A stretch of DNA of 56,576 bases, the filler included, from Bipalium vagum (Eukaryota): assembly GCA_037834085.1 (NCBI GenBank). It is 3 parts of 3 records of this genome, joined end to end, with 100 filler letters (N's around TTAATTAATTAA, not from the genome) between each part and the next. Parts side by side here need not be neighbours in the genome. Positions count along the whole stretch, not along the records: positions 39,932 to 56,576 come from JBBMKC010100452.1; 2 more parts are not named here. One strand, written 5' to 3'. The notes under the pieces are model-generated. The model saw only the letters and a program-made list of their open reading frames with translations, was not told the DNA's origin and made no database searches. The position numbers and the translations under genes were made by a program. Each line of letters opens with the position of its first letter. The stretch's first letter is position 1. Below are positions 51,743 to 56,576 of the stretch, piece by piece.

Positions 51743-53729
51743 CTAAAAATTTTAATTTGGCATTTAAGGATAATTTATTTTATATTTTTTCCTATTAAGA
51801 ATTTTTTATACTGACGCAGCAATCTTTATCATAAAAATATAATATAATTATAATAAAAATCTGTACATCTTTTCATTCCTTACATTTAGCAACACTTAAT
51901 GAGATATTAAATTTTATGAGAAAAATTATTATTGTTGTACAAATAATTAAAAGTGCGTAATAAAATATTATTATGTTTATGAAATAAATAATGTACAGTA
52001 AGCTAAAACTTAATAAATATAACTAATATTTTCAGATATTATTTCCATTATATATATAAACATGAGAAGGCTAAAATGTTCTTACACTCGACCAGGAATA
52101 TTAAAGTTACTTACATAAAGTTTTGCACATAAAATAATAATCATATATAATACGAAATATACGGTTAGTTTAAATATTCTGATTTTTGTTTACACTAGAT
52201 TTGATTAATTCAAAAATAGAAAATGTGGAATTTTGCAGTGTGATCTGTTTTCAAGTGATCTTGGTAGAATGAAATTATTAATCAGCTTTATAACTGGATT
52301 CATTAATTTTCATATGGCTGGAAAAGTGTCTGGAGTGCAACCAAATGTGAAAAATAGGAAAACTGTTGAAATTGTTTACATAGAAAATATTTTTAAATAA
52401 TCATATATTTAATAAAATTAATTATTATTATTATATATTATAATAGTTATGATTTAGTAAAATAATAATAATGATAAAAATAATAAATAATATTAAAAAA
52501 TTAAAAATGAATAGAAAAAATGTAATGAAAATTAATAAATAATAATAATTATTATAAATGGTAATAATAATATTAAAAATAATAATGTTCACTAATTTAC
52601 AATTATCCATATAAAATCATATAAAATTTCAATAATAAATAAATTTTCCAATTAAATATCTTTGGCAAACGATTCAAAGAATATTATCAAAAGAGAAAAT
52701 TGAAAATTTATTTCATCAGTTTTTTTTCCTTGAACATATTAAAGTGCCGAGAAATGATGCTTTAATAAAGTATTTAATCGAAATCTATTTTCATTATTTA
52801 AAACAAATATTAATTTATTTATTTCCATTTGCTGATCCATAAAACTTTTATTATCATATCCTCATTTCAAATGGTTACAAAATCACAATGATTATCATTA
52901 AAAACTTATCAGATTAAAGATAATAAAAAATGAATATTTTATGAATTTATTGCATTCCATTTCTAATAAATCTTTTACTTGTCTAGACATAAACGAAAGA
53001 ACATCATCAATCAACATTCGGATTATCATTAACAATTAATTTAATTTAATTTTTAATAAAATTATTCACATTTCGTGGGTTTTCGAATTAGGGTTGGCCT
53101 TGGGAAATTATCTTTACGAGTTGTCACAACTGTGATGGTTTCGTTGAAACTTTGGATAATAATATCGAAAGAAATTATTATATTTTTTTTAATAATTCAT
53201 TTGACAATTATTAAAATAATTAATATTAATAAGATTTTATGTTAATTATAGTAATGATTTGTTATTATATATAATAATTATGGATTTTCAATAAAAATAA
53301 ATAATTAGAAAGGTAATTATTCGATTATTTTTTTTAATTGTGTTTTTAAAAATTTCTAATTAATTTATTTTTTTTTAGATATTTTGGATTTGTATAAATC
53401 ACGAAATAAATGATAAAAGGAAAAATCCTTTATTTGCTGATTATTGATTGGTAAATTTTTAATTAAAGATTAAACAATAAATCTTGATCTTTTACCTTTC
53501 AACTTTGAATTTTATTTACACTTTTTCAGAGAAAATAATCGTTAGGTAAAATGTTGACTTTAACTTAATTAGCTTCGTTTTTATGTTCTGTTGACCTGTA
53601 CTTTACAAAAGCAAAGTCTTAAATCAGGTTTTAAAATTGTCAAAAATTTAAACATATTTCAGTACATTTTAGCCAAATTCATGGTGATTCATAAATATGT
53701 ATGGGAATAAATAATTAAATTTAAGAAAA

Positions 53730-54760
53730 ATGCCTGATAATTCAGAAAATTGTAATCTTTATTCGTCAATTGAAAATAAAAGTACAACGAATATTCGATT
53801 CAGTCATTAGTTCAAGGATTTCGAATTTTGAATTCTTTTTGCAATTTTACAGACAGAATCATTCGTGATTCATTATCTTATATGAGTAGATCGAGACTGA
53901 GAATGGATTATCCGACAACACCTGATTGCTTAGAATGACTAAATGGAAAAAAGATAAAAACAACCATCAATCGAAAAAACGTGGTCGATCAGAATCAAAA
54001 ATGATATTAAATTTCTTTCCTCGAGTGATCAAATCACTTATAGTTTTGAAGTAATTAAAGGAAGAAATTTACCTGCGACAAACTCACAATATTCGTGGCA
54101 CTTACTTAATTTAGCTTCATAATTGTAATGACGTATCTCACATACTACATCAATCCTTTTATGATGCTTCTGCAGTAAAGCAAGGACCTTTAAGTTGCGC
54201 CTATCAACAAAGAAGATCATTTTCGCAGAGTACTGGGAAGTTTTAGCTTCAAATTTATTCACAAAGCCAGACCAATACATTATATTAAATCAATGATCGC
54301 TAAATTATTAATGGAGATCAGGCTCGCCTATGCAGAAGCTATCATTTGGAATCGATGACTCAATGTGCTGCAGGTTTGAAAGACCAATCATCCCTTAGTT
54401 AGATAAAGACATGATATTTGAATGGAGAAAATCTTCAATGAACTTCAAAGACCAGAATTGATTGTAAAGAAAAATATACAAAATCAAGATGTTCTAGACT
54501 CAAAAGAGAGTTGATTTAATTATTACAAACGTAGAGAAGAAAATTATATACTTTGTTGATTTATAATGTCCAATTGAATCTTTACAAAACTTTTATATCA
54601 GTGATAATAAATATATTGTAAAGTATTCGGACTTGAAGAGGAAAATAAACTGACAAAACCCGATTATAATATCTAACTTACGGCGCTTATCATTGGATCT
54701 TATCTTGGATCCTAATCAATATTGGAATTCCAAACAGGAAATCAAGTGCAATCTTAAAGT
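53730..54760 (+). mobile_element. non-LTR retrotransposon relic with restriction-like endonuclease (NeSL/Utopia/R2-type)
   Basis: Across frameshifts: FKFIHKARP.., CRSYHLESMTQC (CCHC finger remnant), DLIITNVEKKIIYFVDL*CPIESLQNF..KYIVKYSDL..ALIIGSYLGS (PD-(D/E)xK RLE motifs). Confidence 0.8.
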
Positions 54761-56576
54761 CATGTGCAATATCAAACATTGAGCAATTGGTAAGATTTGG
54801 AACTTCCATACTACTGAGTATTTGGTTAATTTTATATAGATTGAACAAAATCTATTTTTTCGTTGAATGAAATTTATCATAAACCCAACATGGTTGATTA
54901 TATCTATGGTGTTTGTGCTTGTTTATTTAATTTATGAGCCTTGTGCATGTCAAATTTGTTTTATAAATAAAATGTTACCTTTGTAGATTCTCCTTAAAGG
55001 AAGATATTAAATGATGAAAAAATCTACCAGCTCTATCAATGCTGAGTATCTTTATTTATTTTTAAAAGAATTTTCGCAAATGTTTAAACTAGTTCTTATT
55101 CTTAATATTTTTCAGTTTTCTTTTATTGAAAATCGAACAATTTTATTTCTCAACACAGTTTTATTCATTTATTTCTACCAGACTGTTTTAGAAGAAAGAT
55201 TTTTTTTCACTTTTTAAAATAGTTCAATAATATTTTCCAAGAAACTCTGTAATAATATTATATTATTATTGTATTCTTAGGTTGTGCTGTCTTCCATTAT
55301 GATCCTTTTCACTATTATATCGTATAAATTTTAATAAGAGTAAATAAATATAATTATTTTATCAAATTAATTATTATTTAATATTTGAATAGAGTAAAGT
55401 TTATTATTATTATCATAATAAATTTAAATATATATTTACCGGTACATTTTACTCAAAAATTTTGCACCCTTCAGTGATTTCAACTTTAAAGGATACCATT
55501 TTGTAGATCAATCTATTTTTGAGACGAAATAGCAAATATGAAATGCTGACCATCCCATTGATTCGTTCAGTTTGGAACGAAACTGTGATCATGTCCCATG
55601 ATAAATATCAGATGAAGATGAATGACATAATAAATTTTTAACAAATGACATTTAGCTTTCAATCAAGTTGAAAGCTTATCAGAGATATAAAGGGAAAATC
55701 ATCATGTCTGGCTAATAATTGAATACCACTGAATATTATTTTTTGACAGAGAAACCTGAATCATTTTCCATGATCATATTTTTCATTGACACTTAAGACT
55801 TCAACTACAAACTCTTCCAACTCTGACCATGATGATGAAACCTAAAAGTCAGTTGAAAATTTCCGTTGAATATCTTTTACTTTATCATTATAAGATTTAA
55901 AGAGCTGCCAACAGCTCTTTTCTATTCTCTTTCTAAATAATTCAATGTAAATTAGACCTAAAAATGACTCCAGACGTGAACCAACCTAATTCTTTTCAAC
56001 TTTATTCTTTTTTCGCTAAAGATTACCTTGATTTTAGAAAAGATATATTTGAACTAATTAGTACAGATCAGAGAGCAATATTGAAAAGAACCATTTTCCT
56101 TCACTCCAGTGACAAGGTTTGATTTGTTGAATAGAACTTTTACAATATAAACCAATTTTTAATAGAATGAAAAAATGATAAAAAGACATTTAAAGAAAAG
56201 ATGGCTAAAAAATCCATTTTAGGCGGTCTAATAAATATGAGAAGCGTCTTAAAAAGCCAAGGAAAATATGGATCATGATCGGGTCAATGTCAAAAAGAAA
56301 ATATCAAAGGATTATTTGGGAAAATTTTCTTTTGACTATTGAAAAAATTTATTGAGGAAAATTTTGAACGTCGTTAAACAGACGATTATATTTACATTAA
56401 TATTAAAATTAATAATAATTTATATAAAAACATTAATATCATTTTTAATTAAATTTATCATTTTTGGAATCACATAAATAAATAAATGAATAAAAAATAA
56501 AATGAACAAATAAATATATAAAAATAATAAATTATTATTATTATTTATTTATTTTAGAATCACATAAATCAATAAA

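Noticed and set aside
54038-54280. 80-aa minus-strand ORF
   Set aside because: Antisense to the RLE retrotransposon relic.
55440-56390. Moderately GC-richer block that may be a decayed gene or transposon
   Set aside because: No sustained frame or recognisable motif could be supported by eye.

Overview
Very AT-rich animal (metazoan) nuclear DNA with short GT-AG introns (about 40-60 nt) mixed with multi-kb introns. The window is three contigs joined by artificial 100-nt spacers (44 N + TTAATTAATTAA + 44 N at 16030-16129 and 39832-39931). Two spliced protein-coding genes can be reconstructed by eye, both on the minus strand. (1) The 5' part of a KCNQ1/Kv7.1-like potassium channel (exons 10297-9903, 9858-9768, 9727-9601, 8397-8319); exon 2-4 sizes and intron phases match human KCNQ1 as recalled, and the rest appears to lie left of the window. 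(2) A single-pass membrane protein with one juxtamembrane EGF module split by an intron between Cys4 and Cys5, a TM helix and a ~195-aa cytoplasmic tail (exons from 37085 down to 19214). The rest is dominated by transposon debris: many mariner relics (including a near full-length Himar1/irritans-like copy nested inside an older mariner), Tc1-like and DD41D-like relics, MITEs, Ty3/Gypsy gag/protease relics and a NeSL/Utopia/R2-type RLE non-LTR retrotransposon relic. There are also several decayed coding segments, including a probable Cid1/TUTase-family nucleotidyltransferase pseudogene. No rRNA, tRNA or CRISPR was recognised. All assignments are by manual translation and recalled motifs; no database searches were run.
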